A stretch of 64,000 bases of DNA, from positions 106,144,001 through 106,208,000 of the forward strand of contig OX597819.1 of NCBI GenBank assembly GCA_951406725.2. Reading direction: 5' to 3'. The notes beneath the pieces were generated by a model that saw only the letters and a list, made by a program, of their open reading frames with translations, did no database searches and was not told the DNA's origin. This stretch comes from Octopus vulgaris. Its lineage: Eukaryota. The first letter of the stretch is position 1; every line of letters begins with the position of its first letter. Shown piece after piece: positions 14,500 through 27,854 of the stretch. Made by a program: the position numbers and the translations under genes.

Positions 14500-14660
14500 T
14501 TTGCTGGGTTGCTTTTCCATGATAAAATCATTGCTTCACACTTTGATTGTTTAAATGTTAGCTTCAGTTGTCTGAAAAGGCTTTGATCACGACAGTATCG
14601 CTGTATAAGTTAGCAGCTACTGCAGCTGCATCAGTTTCTCCTGTTTATCGTTTGCCATTT
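14500..14660 (-). mobile_element. Possible Tc1/mariner N-terminal (HTH) relic
   Basis: Weak peptide resemblance only (MA..EK..VAA.L..V.QxxFR..W). Confidence 0.25.
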
Positions 14661-15174
14661 TACAATTCATTGAATTCATAATAGTTCCGAATTCGGAGTT
14701 GACAAGAAAAGGTTGACCAAGCGCTGTTCATTTCACAGAGCTGGCAGAAATGCGTGCAATGAACATAATACGTGTATCGAAGCGAATTAGCATATGTGAA
14801 TGTAACAGGTAAGAAAGAGACATCAATCAACTAAGAGTAACAAGCATAATTCAACGAGATATAACCAGCTACAGCGAATCATCCATCAGGTTTCGAAGAA
14901 TGTGTTTTATTTACGTATTATAGAGATCGCTTGAATTGAACTGGATGACAAATTTTCCCCAAATCTCAGTTAAAAAAAAAAACAACACTCAATATTTAAG
15001 TGATAGATATTCTAAATCTCAAAGAAAAATATTCATATGCGCAGGCGTGCCTGTGTGGTAAGAAGCTTGCTTCCCAGCCACATGGTTTTGGGGTTCAGTA
15101 TCTTCTACTTTAGCCCCGGGTCGACCAAAGTGAGTGGAGTGGATTTAATAGATGGAAACTGATAGAACTAAAAC

Positions 15175-15380
15175 GCAGCGAGCTGGCAGAAACGTTAGCA
15201 CGCCGGGTGAAATACTCAGTGGTATTTCGTCTGTCTTTACGTTCTGACTTTGCCTTTCATCCTTTCGTGGTCGATAAATTAAGTACCAGTTACGCACTGG
15301 GGTCGATGCAATCGAATTAATCCATTTTTCTGTCATTGTTTTTCCCCTCTATGTTTAGCCTTAGCAATAAAGAAATAGGA
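15175..15380 (+). mobile_element. tRNA-derived SINE with a Meta-domain-like core, nested in a CORE-type SINE (15040-15400)
   Basis: Head is gagctggcagaaacgttagcacgcc and core is gcctttcatcctttcgtggtcgataaattaagtaccag. A partial copy lies at 57039-57135. Confidence 0.7.
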
Positions 15381-16054
15381 AACTGATAGAAGCTCGTCTT
15401 ATATCTTTGAAAACGGCTAATGTGTTTAAAAAACACCAACAACAATATATTTTAAATATTTTCTATCTTTTGACCAAAGGCTGCAGCGTGTGTGTGAGTA
15501 ACTTAATGTCACTCTGCCGATGAAGTCTAGCATGTACGCGTATGAAAAAGTAGCACAGGACCAGATATAAGTGCGATAGTCCAACTCATCTCTTACCTGA
15601 TATTTAACGTTAGCACCAATTGCGTGAATAGGTGTGATTCGGATTCAATTATTATGCAGTGAATTTGGATTAATTTAGTTCAAACAACTCAGCATTCACC
15701 GGTTGAGGGCGGGTGGGCGGCTAGTAGCAGCGATCATTACTGGGAAGCGAAACTAGTCTTGGTCGAGAAGGAAAAACTTGCCAAGTTATGTTTGGCAAGT
15801 ATCCCTTATATACGTCAGTATTCCTTATAAACGTCAGAGTTCATTAACATCGATATTATTCAATACCACTGAGTTCACACATATAAATACTACACATTTT
15901 CAACGGTAAAAATCTACAACAGTAAATAGGGAGCGTCTTAGTTCATCAATAATATCTACAATGCAACTGGAGACTGTCTATTCATTATTACGCCCATCAA
16001 TCCCGCTGAACAGCTCTTGAATTCTATCACGCACAGACACAAAATTAGATAAGA

Positions 16055-16262
16055 ACAATGGTGGTGATACCATATTTGCTGTTGCTAACTTTTTTGATCA
16101 ACACGATAAAAGCTTCTTCACCAAAGGAACACAAACATTGCGACTCCGATGGAAAACGTGTGTGGACCGCAAGGGTGAATATTTTGAAAAATAAATTTCA
16201 CTTGCCCACATACCATGAGAGTATCTTGGTCAGCCCATGGACTTTTTTAGCCGCCCACTCGC
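16055..16262 (+). mobile_element. Mariner transposase C-terminus and right TIR
   Basis: Reads KGTQTLRLRWKTCVDRKGEYFEK* (mariner RWxKCVxxxGxYFE), followed by ggtcagcccatggactttttagccgcccactcg. Confidence 0.8.
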
Positions 16263-16739
16263 ATACATACATACATACATACATACATACATACATACAT
16301 ACATACATACATACATGCATACATACATACATACATACATACATACATACATACATACATACATACATACATGCATACATACATACATATGTTATACGCG
16401 CGCGCGTCTGTGTATAAAGACATACATCAAAACTTATTTACATATGCCTTCTATAATTATGTGCTATTATATCTCGTTTTCCAGACGTGATATTTAGCTG
16501 CACAATGAAAATCTGTAATGTGTATTTCAATATACCTAATTAACAGTCGTCTTGAATGGTTAATTAACCTAGGTGACGTTGGTAGGGACAGTGTAGGTGG
16601 TCGATTTCCAACATATGTTACAATCCTAAGGACCTTATTAAATTATTGCTAATTAAATGACACAACATCTGGACTAATGACTAGTATGGTGGATTATTTC
16701 TGTCCATAAACTAATAGCCGCAGATGCCTTGATGTACAT

Positions 16740-16780
<41 letters not shown>

Positions 16781-16796
16781 CATAATTATATTCAAA

Positions 16797-16869
<73 letters not shown>

Positions 16870-17599
16870 GATAACTAGATAGATAGATAAATAAATAGAT
16901 ATGATAATAGTTTAAACGTTTAATGAAGTATGTATTTCATGAATGTTCGGCCGTTAAACCACGAGAAACATACAATAGTGATTGATAAGGTGTGAATAAA
17001 GGGAAAGTTGTGTGAGTAAACTGAAAGTCATTGTATAAAACGAAAAGCCTTCCTCCTGTTTCGTTTCCTCTTTGTTCTACCTTCGATGCCTTGGCTGGTT
17101 CTTTTTCTCACTCACACTATGCTTCTGACTTGATGACAGAAATTAAGTCTAAAATGTTCTTACCTATTCTGTCTGTGCGCCTGTCTGTCTCTCTTTCTAT
17201 GTCTCTGTCTATCTGTTTGTCTATCTGTCTCCCTTTCTCTATGTTTCTGTCTGCCTGTCTGTCTCTTTTCATTGACAGGCTAACCTAATACTTTCCAAAC
17301 ATTTTCTATTCTACGTTGTCCTTTCGAATGTTTGATATCTTTGCAGCACTATATATATTGTTGCTCAAGTAAAAGGCGTAGAAGAAAATTGTGTATTTGA
17401 TATGCAAGAGTGTTATATGGACTTTGTATTGTAACACAAACTACTGCAGTTCAACAACTATCATCAGTTGTCCAAGGTGAAAATTATTTTATTAAAACAC
17501 TTTACAGTATATGGAAATGAGGAAAGCTCAGTTTACATAATTAGCTGCTGTTTTCTGACGCTGTCATATAAATGAATTCAACAATGATGTCTGGTATGG

Positions 17600-19900
17600 T
17601 ATATTACTTCATAGCATATGAAAAATCCCATAACAACAAGATCCTACCATGTGGTAACTTTAACATTACGTTCGTTTCCGATTTTGCTAATTGGTTTTGA
17701 GAGACATCGTGTTATTAGTAAGCAGTGTAGGCAATATGAAATGCAATGGACTGCTTCTGTACGCCTTCTGTAATGGACTTAAAGCTCCAGGACCGAATAA
17801 CCATAAGACACTTTAGATGTTTCTTCGGTCAAAGTACTGGTATTTAGCTTATTAAATAATCATTGTAGAATGAGATAAAATTAATGTTCTTTTCACACGT
17901 TCATTCCAGATCATTTGTTGGCTATCAGATCATTCATTGTTGCGCAGTAAATATATCTTTTAGAATTTCGGGGAAAATAACAACATCAAAATATCAATGA
18001 TCCGAGATAAATCATATGCAATTTTGTTGAAAGTAAATACTACAAACTATGTTGAAATATCTTGCGTGTGTCTCAAAGAAATAACAGACTCAGTTTCCTT
18101 TGAAAAATCTTGGATTGACCAGAATTAGCACCAAGATAGTAGGAACAGAACAAATTTGAAGTTAGATCTCTTTTAGATAAATTGTATATTGCATAGAAGT
18201 ATGGGATATATGAGAAAAATAATACCAATACTAAAAGGTTATTTTGAGTTAAATAGATCAATACAGTGTCTTTAAACACATGGGAGAAAAATCAACCTAG
18301 TCTGAAATTCAATCCGTGGCTGATTTGAAAGAATTAACTCGTTGCTGACTGGAAACATATTTAAGGCTCTTTGAAGGTCAGAAAATGGACCACAAAAGTG
18401 TAGTTTATCTCCTTATGATTATACAAAAATATCTGAATAAAAAATTACATTTTATATGGACGGAAGAAGCACTTTGAAATGATTATGAATATTAAGTTAC
18501 AAGGGTTCTTTCATCAGTCCACAAATGCCACATATGGCTTAATTTGCATATAAAATTAATGTTAATGAAGTTCATATAGGTCAAAGCAACTGTTGCCCGA
18601 AAATTCTGGTCAAGATGATTTATCACCTAAAGTTTAAAAATATAGTAGCAAGAAACTGAATTTGTAACTCAACATTTTTCGGTAATATGATCAACGCACC
18701 GGTAACATCTTGTTTTGTTTTATAATACAGCGAATGAGTATTCATATAGTAGAAAATATTTCTGTATTGTTTTTGATCTGTATGAAGACAATCGATATAT
18801 GATATAATCTTTGAGACAGATTGCACAAAATGTACTAGAAGAAATCAGATACTGAGAATTGTTTTTGCTGATATTCGATATGTAAACCAAGTGATCTTAT
18901 AGAACGAACTAAAGAAAACTTTAGTATCTCATAACATATTAAATGCTGTACTATACTCTCATGCGGGTTGGGAAGTTGTAGGTATCTCAGATGGGAGAAC
19001 CCTATAAATCTTTCAGCAACGGTAATGGTAATAAACAGGTCTATGTCTTGGACTATGTTATACCTGATTTTTAAGGATTTCATGAGGGGCGTGTATGTGT
19101 ATTTGATACTAGTGGGGGCTTGTTTAATCACTAGTGAGAGATGCAAAGCGAAAACAATGAATAAAGAATTTTTGACATACTATTTGATGATGTGTACTAG
19201 CAATAACATCTTTTGAATAAATTCATGTGATCGCTGAGCGTGTTTACATGCTGCTAAAATATTTGGATTAATCACAAGCTTGCACACAACAGAATTAGTT
19301 CACCAGCCTACGATGAGTCTTAAGTAAGGAAAAAGGCTAAAACTCAGCACACCTTCCATTATATTCCCAACAAATCCTATAAATGTTGCTAAGCATTATT
19401 TAAGATATATTTAATGTCTCCCTCTTTAAGTAGTAGAGGTAATGGTTCCTTGAATGATAAGAACAAAAATAGCTCCATCGTGCCTGAATCGAAAGAATCT
19501 GAACCCTAGACTATTTGTATGATCCACTTGAAATATCATCCCTTCTACATTACTTTGTAGATCTTCTTGCAGTTTTCTCATACACTGTAATATTGTCCAA
19601 TTTACTATTTGCAGAATGCATAAGAAGACCAGGTATCAGATACACGAGGTTGGATAGAGTTTGTGATATTGATCTTTCCAATAAATGTAACATTTTAGGT
19701 GTTGATGATTTCCTTATGAAGACTCAATTTAAAAGAATTGGTTGTGTAATTAGGAGTATGTAACGGCCTCTTATGTAGTAAAATTATTTTGGTTTACAAA
19801 ATGTTGAGAAACATAACTTAAGATACAAGTATAAACAGGAATCAAGTTCTTCTCATGCGAATAAGCGCAGAGCAGCCTTCAAATCGAAAGAGCAAGATTT
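17600..19900 (+). mobile_element. Possible ancient hAT-like transposase relic
   Basis: About 2.3 kb free of microsatellites, with scattered weak scraps (YYLMMCTSN, VIAERV, VSDTRG resembling SxTRW). No continuous ORF. Confidence 0.25.
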
Positions 19901-20765
19901 TAAATAATGGTTATATAATGGGTGGGTAAGTTACGAAAAAAGCATATGAAATAAGAAACGAAGCAATATAAAATAAGCGTGAACCGGAATCCACGTATTA
20001 GTAATGAAGAGAATGTCCTAGGAAAAAACGCATGAATTTCTCGGATTTACGTAATTGTTAGATTGTTTACCTTCTCGTAACGTAGCAGTTCGATACATAG
20101 GTCCAATAGAATAAATATCCATGTGAGAAATGAGTAGAGGCGTTGATTTATTAGAGTAAACTCTTAATGGTGGTGACCCACCATGGCCGTAGCCAATGAC
20201 TAGATCAAATAACAGATACGCGCGCGCGCACACACATACGTGATCATCATATATACATGTGTATGGTGGGGGGGAGGGGTGCGTGCGTGAATGTGTTTGT
20301 GTTTGTACTTGCGTGTTTGCTAAGGATTTGCATTCATATTTATGTGTCATTCAGAGAGTCTAAGTTTTTCAAATTTAAATTGAGCGAGTGCGATAATATG
20401 ATGGGCTTTCCAGTTATTTTCGATGTATGGATGTGTCTATATATGCCTGCGTCTTCTATCAGTTCTTAATTCTTGAGCGGAACAAGTGCGATGTAAGTGT
20501 GTTACAAGACTGGATTATTTATTACGGGTACTGGTCATTTGACAGTCTTCTATACAATTCCTGCCTTCCACGCACAAGTCATATGGCTACAAATGGCTAC
20601 TGTAAAGAGATGTAATGATGTCACTTGATGGAGTCGAACCCAGGAGCACATAACATGACTGTGAAGCAAACTTCTTACTCATTCAATCACGACTATGTGT
20701 GTGTGTGTTTGCGTGTGCATACGGGTACATATATATACATACATACAAACATACATACATACATA

Positions 20766-21320
20766 CAGTAATACCTCACTTTAAGAGGACCCGCTTTACG
20801 GGACCCAGGGTTCACGAGCTTTATTTCTCCAGCACAAGATCTAGACTTTGAATGAAATGCAACAGCTTCTACTACCATAACAAATGCTTTTGCGTGTTAC
20901 CGATAAATTTATTGAGCAAAAAAATGCTTCTTCTAAGCACGCAACCCTTGACTTGTTTTATAAAAAGAAAGCTACAGGTCCGTCCTCGAGTGTTTGTCAA
21001 TTGGTGGTCGTGTCTACAAGTAATAGTGCGCATGAGTTTAATGCGAGTGAAAGTAATTCAGAAAACGATTATAATAATAATATATTTTTTTTATTATCAA
21101 TGATCTTGGCAATCTTTTTTACTTTACATAAACTATTCTTTACATTGTACTGTTCCTTTATTGCCATTTATTTATGAGTATTATATAAGTAAAATACTTT
21201 TTCTGGGAACGAATTAAAATTTACAGCATTACTACTATGTGAAACTATCGCTCTGTTTTACGACATTTCGCTTTACGAGTGGCCTCTGTGAACAAATTAA
21301 GCCGTATATCATTACTCTAC
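20766..21320 (+). mobile_element. Pogo/Tigger-like non-autonomous element
   Basis: TA-cagtaatacctcactttaagag terminus with internal cgctttacg repeats. Peptide KHATLDLFYKK resembles the pogo C-terminal KQxTLDxFF motif. Confidence 0.6.
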
Positions 21321-21423
21321 ATACATACATACATACATACATACATACATACATACATACATACATACATACATACATACATACATACATTATTTAGATT
21401 TGTCCTCATTTTCTTTGTTGTTT

Positions 21424-21467
21424 ACACAACTTTTCCGCTGATGTACCCTCCGGCATTCATCAGGTGT
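21424..21467 (-). ncRNA. Hammerhead-like motif with canonical CUGAUGA core and eroded stems II/III
   Basis: Minus strand: ACAC-CTGATGA-A-TGCCG gagggtacat CAGCG-GAAA-AG-TT-GTGT. Confidence 0.55.
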
Positions 21468-21536
21468 CTTGGGGAAATTTCGAACATGGGTTCTCATTCC
21501 TGAGGTATTTTCGATGTTTATGATCATCATTATTAT

Positions 21537-22058
21537 TGAGTGAGATGCAGTGCATGCCATCGAAGTGACACTGGGTCAAAATATACGAAGCCCAGTATAC
21601 CCACCATGACTAAATGTCTGATAATGGTACACCAGGCACATGCATCATAATCATTTGTGCACGACATGGTGATCTCATATCAAGATAAACAGCGCATGTC
21701 CTTGCAGGTGGGGCCCAGTTAGAATTTCCTTCTGGTCGAGTAACCCACCCCACTCAAAAGGACCCTGAATAAGGATTGTTTAAGGATGTATCCAAAACTC
21801 TAAGAATTCCTTTAAACACACGGCTATGATGCTCCCCCACTACTTCTGCTTGTGATCAGAGATGCACATATCGTCAGCCACTAAGGGACGTGGTCAACTG
21901 GTTAAGGTCAAACAACTGACAAGCAAATCTATGGTAATGAGCAGAATATTTGCTGTAGCCCACCTTTTATACCAAGACAAAACAATGTACATGATAGCAC
22001 TTCCAATCAGTTAAGACCAGGAGCCATGTGAACCACTGTCTGATACTGCATCAGAGCA

Positions 22059-22059
<1 letters not shown>
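21537..22059. repeat. Unclassified ~520-bp insertion within a (TAT)n tract
   Basis: GC-richer non-coding block bounded by tattatt on both sides, interrupting the SINE-like element. Confidence 0.55.
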
Positions 22060-22100
<41 letters not shown>

Positions 22101-22189
22101 ATTATTCAGGTCACTGCTTTGAATCGAACTAGGTATCTTAGGGTTAGTAGCCCGCGCTCTTAACCACTATGCCATATACCCCTATTCAG

Positions 22190-22655
22190 ACCGCTATGGG
22201 AAGATTGCAGTTAATTCCTGGCTGGAGAATGTTGCTGCTGGAAGGCCATATGCGTAGCAGGAGAGTAAGAAGTGCTTGTCACAGCATTTCTACGACGTCA
22301 TCAGCTCCAATTTTTGGTCTATTATTTCCCACGATTTTAATGCTATAGATTACAATGTACAAGATGCAAAACTACACTAACCACTCTGTCTGTAACATCA
22401 AGGCCGAGCTGGCGCCAATGATCAAAGAGGTGTTCGAAGATTTTCTAACAGACACAGTGAGGAATTTATGTGTCAAGTTCTGGAGACATCTTGAGAGTCG
22501 GCGTGGAAGTTATATGCGGCAACTTTGAGTAAACTTTTAACTCTTAGCCATAATATAGTTCATATTGTTTTTAAATGCTTTTAATTTTGGAAGGAATATT
22601 ATTCCTTTTTAATTTCCATTTATGCAAACTGTCAAACGTAGCCCGACCACACTTT
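22190..22655 (+). mobile_element. maT/DD37D-like transposase 3' fragment
   Basis: Peptides WLENVAAGRPY, NFWSIISHDFNAIDY (like WPPxSPDxNPxDY) and KAELAPMIKEVF..CVKFWRHLE. Confidence 0.7.
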
Positions 22656-22824
22656 ATAGACACACACACACACACACACACATACACACACACACATACA
22701 TACACACACATACACACACACACAAAACAATAGACGTGTTTATGTTGGTAGGTATGTACTTATATATGCATATATGTAAGTTTGTATGTATGTATGCATG
22801 TATGTATGTATTCATGTATGTCTG

Positions 22825-22890
<66 letters not shown>

Positions 22891-23555
22891 GATCGATCTA
22901 TCGATATATCTATCTACCTTTCCATATATCTAACTATCTCTCCATCAATCTTTCAAGATATTTGTGTGTGTGCTGGAGTGTTTGTGCTGATATGTATCTG
23001 TGTTGAATTTCCTGGACATATAGTCTTTCTCTAGCTTTCATAGTCATTCAAAGAGCTCTCATTTTGAAATATTGACTGGTTCAGATTGAATATGTGACTG
23101 GGAATTTCAAACGAATTCGTTCTGAGGAACATTAACTAAATGAAGGCGTTAGATCAAGACCTCGGTGATATATTATGTAAAATTGCAGCTGATGGATAAA
23201 CGATCGGCTAGAGAGTGTATGAGTGAGTGTGGGAAACAAAAGACTAGACATTTCCGAGTGGGGTCTATGCAATTCTACGACTGGTTGGAAGGATAGTATT
23301 CGGAGGCATAAATTATATGACCTTACCCTATTTTACTTAATGCGGTCTAGAATATTCATATGCAATAGCAGAAGAGATATGTTGGAGTAATATTTTGGTA
23401 TGGGTCATACCTTTGTTCTTGGAGGTGTGTAGTAGTTATTGAAACCTGAAATATTTGGGTAGCTCTTGCATGGTAAATGTAATTCTTGTTATTTAGTGCT
23501 CGCAATGTCGAGGATATGTGTTCAAGAGAGATTCATGCGTGCATGCACACTGTCA

Positions 23556-23626
<71 letters not shown>

Positions 23627-23711
23627 ATGCATATATGTATATATATATATGTATATACATTTATATATGTATATATATGTATATATAAATATATATACAT
23701 ACATACATATA

Positions 23712-23759
<48 letters not shown>

Positions 23760-23762
<3 letters not shown>

Positions 23763-24909
23763 TACCCCTCCTCACAGGTACCCATCATCGACCCCATCAT
23801 ATCACTGACTCCTTCACTTGCACTTCTTACAACGTCATCTGCTGCATCACCTGCTCTCTCTGTCCTTCTCTATACATCGGTCAAACGGGACGCAGATTGG
23901 CTGACTCGTTCGCAGAACACCCCCAAGACGTCACACTCAGCAACGACACTCCGGTCTCGCGCCATTCCCGCTTTACTAGTCTCTCTTTAGAACACGTGTC
24001 TGTTTTCGAATTGTACTTGCACAGGGGACATCTAGACTCCCGTCTTCGCCGTGAGCTGGGATTAAACTTCTCGCTTCTCTCCTTTGCGCCACATGGACTC
24101 AACTCTCATCCCCTCTTCATTTAACCTTCCCCTTCTGTCCTCTCTTCCTCTCACACCTACTTCTTCCCATCTACCTCTCCTCTCTTGCTCTGACACCTAC
24201 TTTCTCTCTTCACTCCTACCCACTCACTCCTTTCCACCCTCTACTTTCATTGATACCCCATCCCTCGTTACCCCACCCCTACTCTTCCAACAACACCATC
24301 CCTATACATCCCATCTGACCCCACCCTATCCCTTAGACCCCGTCCTTGCTTCTTTCACACCCGAAGACCACCACATCAAATCACACACCACTGCACCAAA
24401 CCATACCACCACACACCACCACACCACACATCACCATACCACTCCACGTCACATCACACCATTCCGCGCCCACTAGCACAGACCCCTTCCCAGCACCAAC
24501 ACCAGCGCCCACACTAGCACTGACCTCTTCCCAGCACCTACACCATCATCTACACATTTACACATGCATACAAGCACACGTCAACGTCACCAGAATCCTT
24601 CCACACGCACATACAAGCTCTCACATACACACGATCGCACACCTTCCTTTTGGGATCACCACTACTTTATTATCTCTCGTTCCTCCTGGCTCTCCTGCGT
24701 TGGCTCTCTGTCCGGCATTCGCCATGATAGATCACTAGCCACTAAACCTTTTCTGTTTTCTCTCCCTGATTATTTCTTTGTTCCTCTCAGTCGAAGAGCT
24801 TAGGCTCGAAACGTAAAATACTTTCTCACTTCCCGAGCGTTAGGCTAATACATCTGTTTGTTGTTTACACACCCATTTTTATCTTTTGTATTTTTGCAAT
24901 TTCTCACTA
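23760..24909 (+). mobile_element. 5'-truncated Penelope-like element: GIY-YIG endonuclease C-terminus, 3' UTR and terminal hammerhead-like motif
   Basis: Reads [36 protein letters not shown]...PVSRH...RRE...APHGLN (stop at 24124). Inserted after (TA)n. Confidence 0.9.
24784..24819 (+). ncRNA. Degenerate hammerhead-like motif at the PLE terminus
   Basis: CAGTCGA-A-GAGC ttag GCTC-GAAA-CG-TA; same family as 3325-3362. Confidence 0.5.
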
Positions 24910-25624
24910 GGCGCGGGAGTGGCTGTGTGGTGAGAAGCTTGCCTCCCACGAGTCTTTAAGACTTCCCATGAGTCTTTGTTGTCAGTATGCGCATGCGCCA
25001 TTCTGTTGTGCACTGAAGAAGATAGCCGGCTGTGTTTAGCCTGCCAAAAGAAGCTGCTGCAAAGGAAGGCTTTTCCCTTGGACCCGGTGAGGGTCGTTGT
25101 CTGTGCGTATATATTTTACAAACAGGGAATCCTCACTGAATTCAGGATATTAGTCTACTAGAGGTTCACCAATATGGCCCATATTAAATGAAGATTTTTT
25201 TCTCATTGTCTGGTGAGCGTATCCTTCAAATACTTTGTTTTTACAACAGCAACATTTACCATTATTGGAAAACTGTATTTCAAGTGTTCACATGAAGTGA
25301 AAATTTTATTCTCATTGTGAGAAACATAGTTTGGTGACTATCCTGCCACCGAAAGTCGTTCGCCGTTTTTAAATAGTGTGTATTTTACGACGACATTGGA
25401 AAGCTGTATTACAGTGGAGCAGTCCAGGCTCGAATTAGAGTGCCATAAGGGCGTGGAGTACATGAATGCCGAGAAGATTTTTTGCTTTGTTTTCATTTTT
25501 TGAGCCATTGTTTTCTTCTTCTATTGTGACTTTTTATTTAACTGTTTGCTTTTTATTTATTTCTTCTTCCCTTTTGTTTTCTTTTGAATTCTCTCCTTCC
25601 TGTTTTGTGACCTATTGTTTTGGA

Positions 25625-26200
25625 CATGGCAAAAAAAATACGGATAAGATTGTTGTGTGGGAGATTGTCCCACCGAAGCAGTGGTTAAAAGATATGGAGG
25701 AGAGGTCGATGGTGGTTAGAACTTATTCTAAAGTTTTTGATTCCATCACCGCTTTCCCAAAACCAGTTATAGAAAATTAACTGAAAGACTATTTGTCCTC
25801 TGTGAAATACATATCCCGCTGTGTCAAACATGCAATCGTATAGTAGCTGTTTAATAACCGGGAAAAGGTCGCAGTTTTGCAAGTCGTCCCTTGGAGGGTA
25901 ACGAAATTCTGTTCCAACCGTCAAACTGCGGGAGGAAATTAATAAGAGCCTGGGTATGTGGGTTACCCCCAGGCACAGGAGCGGGTTGGATTGAAGATAC
26001 CATCCAACGGGGACTGGGGGATAGCGGACCCAGGCTCTTAAATATAAGGGTATTGCTAGCGGTCGATTGGGAAGGGTCAAAAGCGATTTTTATCCGGTGG
26101 ACCCCATCGAACGGGTGTTTAGCAGCACCATCTCAGCCGAAGATTTATTCTGTGCCGAGGTAGAGAAATAACTCTGAAGCACTACAGTCCACAGATACTG
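25625..26200 (+). mobile_element. Possible L1/Tx1 ORF1 relic
   Basis: Broken ORFs (EERSMVVRTYS; RAWVCGLPPGTGAGWIE) lie downstream of a pyrimidine-rich UTR-like tract. Resemblance only. Confidence 0.3.
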
Positions 26201-26408
26201 CTTTGTGCTGGGTGGGGGTGCTAACTTTCTCTGTCAACAATATAAGAACACAAATCATGTGCCGTATAGCCAGCTGGAGACGATGTCTCCTGGGGTTAAA
26301 CAACAGTAGCATTCATCCGAAAATGGGACTGCCATGTTAGGTTCGTAGCACAATCGTTACTTTAAAATGTTGTTACTGAATATCTCTCGTTGAGAGATTT
26401 AGGAATAT

Positions 26409-26472
<64 letters not shown>

Positions 26473-26509
26473 TATGTATATATATAAGTATGTATATATA
26501 TATTTATGC

Positions 26510-26841
26510 GAAGGCGCGTGACTTACTGGTTAGGGCATCAGGTTCACGATCGTAAGGTCGTGAGTTCAATTCCCGGCGACACGTTGTGTCCTTGAGCAAA
26601 ACACTTTATTTGATGTTGCTTCAGTCCCCTCAGCTGGCAAAAATGAGTAGTACATGTATCTCAAAAGGCCAGCCTTGTCACACTCTGTGTCACGTCGAGT
26701 CTCCCGGAGAAATACGTTAAGGGTACATGTGTCTGTGGACTGCTCAGCCACTTGCATGTAAATTTCACGAGCAAGCTCTTCTGTTGATCGTATCAGCTGA
26801 GACCCTCGTTGTTGTCGTCGTCGTAACCGACTGAGTGCTCC
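26510..26841 (+). mobile_element. tRNA-derived SINE, family B
   Basis: Head ggcgcgtgacttactggttagg...gagttcaattcc, then gtgtccttgagcaaaacactttat. Related copies at 37125, 41262, 52291 and 59971. Confidence 0.8.
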
Positions 26842-26882
26842 TTTAAGATATATATATATACCTACATACACACACACACACG

Positions 26883-26931
<49 letters not shown>

Positions 26932-27356
26932 GTCGAGCTTCTTTCAGTTTCCGTCTACAAGTTCCACTGAGAAGGCTTTGGTCGGCTCGAGGCTATAGTA
27001 GAAGACACCTCTCCAAGGTGCCACGCATTGGGGGCAGGACCCGGAACCATGCGGTTGGGAAGCAACTTTCTTACTACACAGCCATACATATATGCTATTT
27101 TGTTCTTTGTCATTCGACTGCTGTGATGTTTTAGTACCACCCTGAAGGGTCTATTTTAGTCGAATGAATCGACCTCGTTACACATTTGTTAAGGCTCGTA
27201 CTTAATCTATCGGTGTCTTTTGTCTAACTGCTAATTGCAGGGCGTAAGCATACCAACAACAGTTGTCAAGCAGTGATGGGACGATAAAAACAGACAGAAA
27301 GACACATAGACATAGATATTTACATATGTATATATACACATAGATATATACAAATA

Positions 27357-27835
27357 CAGGTTGTCTCGGAAAGAATAACTCATTGATATTTCTTAATTAT
27401 TCAAAATAAAATTAAGGTAGGATAATGAAACTTTGCACACAGTTTCTATTGTAAATTGTCAATTCATTTCAGTAATAACATTTCAAAATAACTACATTTC
27501 GCATTGGTCATAGCCTGCAAGCATGTTTTTTGCAGACGATGAATTGCATGAGCGCCGTATCACCTCTTCATCCAACTTGATCCACGAAGCAGAAGGACTT
27601 TCCTCAGTTTTGACACATTTGAATTGGAGCGAGCAGAAACATTACTTTCTGAGATGGACTGGATAGCAAAGTCCATGGAATTGATGTCTGGACTTGAAGA
27701 AGGCTATATTGTTTTGTACCACCTCTATGTCAAATTGGATTATGGGCCGGAGCCCCGTCTTGAGTAAGGATGTAACGGTCACCAAAGTTTTCTCAGACTC
27801 AAGGTATCACTTTCTCATAGCAACATTTCCACATA
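27357..27835 (-). mobile_element. maT/DD37D-like transposase 3' fragment with terminal repeat
   Basis: Minus strand reads YILTQDGAPAH and PSSSPDINSMDFAI..LRK..WIKLDEEVIRRSC. Terminus is TA-caggttgtctcggaaag. Confidence 0.8.
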
Positions 27836-27854
27836 AACATCTATCTATCTATCT

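Larger units (their letters stand above)
21395..22182 (-). mobile_element. tRNA-headed SINE-like element with a hammerhead tail, split by a ~520-bp insertion
   Basis: Head at 22105-22182 has A box TGGCATAGTGG and B box GTTCGATTC, followed by an (AAT)n linker. Tail at 21395-21536 contains ACAC-CTGATGA...GAAA.GTT-GTGT. Confidence 0.65.

Noticed and set aside
24084-24738. Pro/His/Thr-rich ORFs
   Set aside because: Low-complexity C/A-rich 3' UTR of the Penelope-like element.
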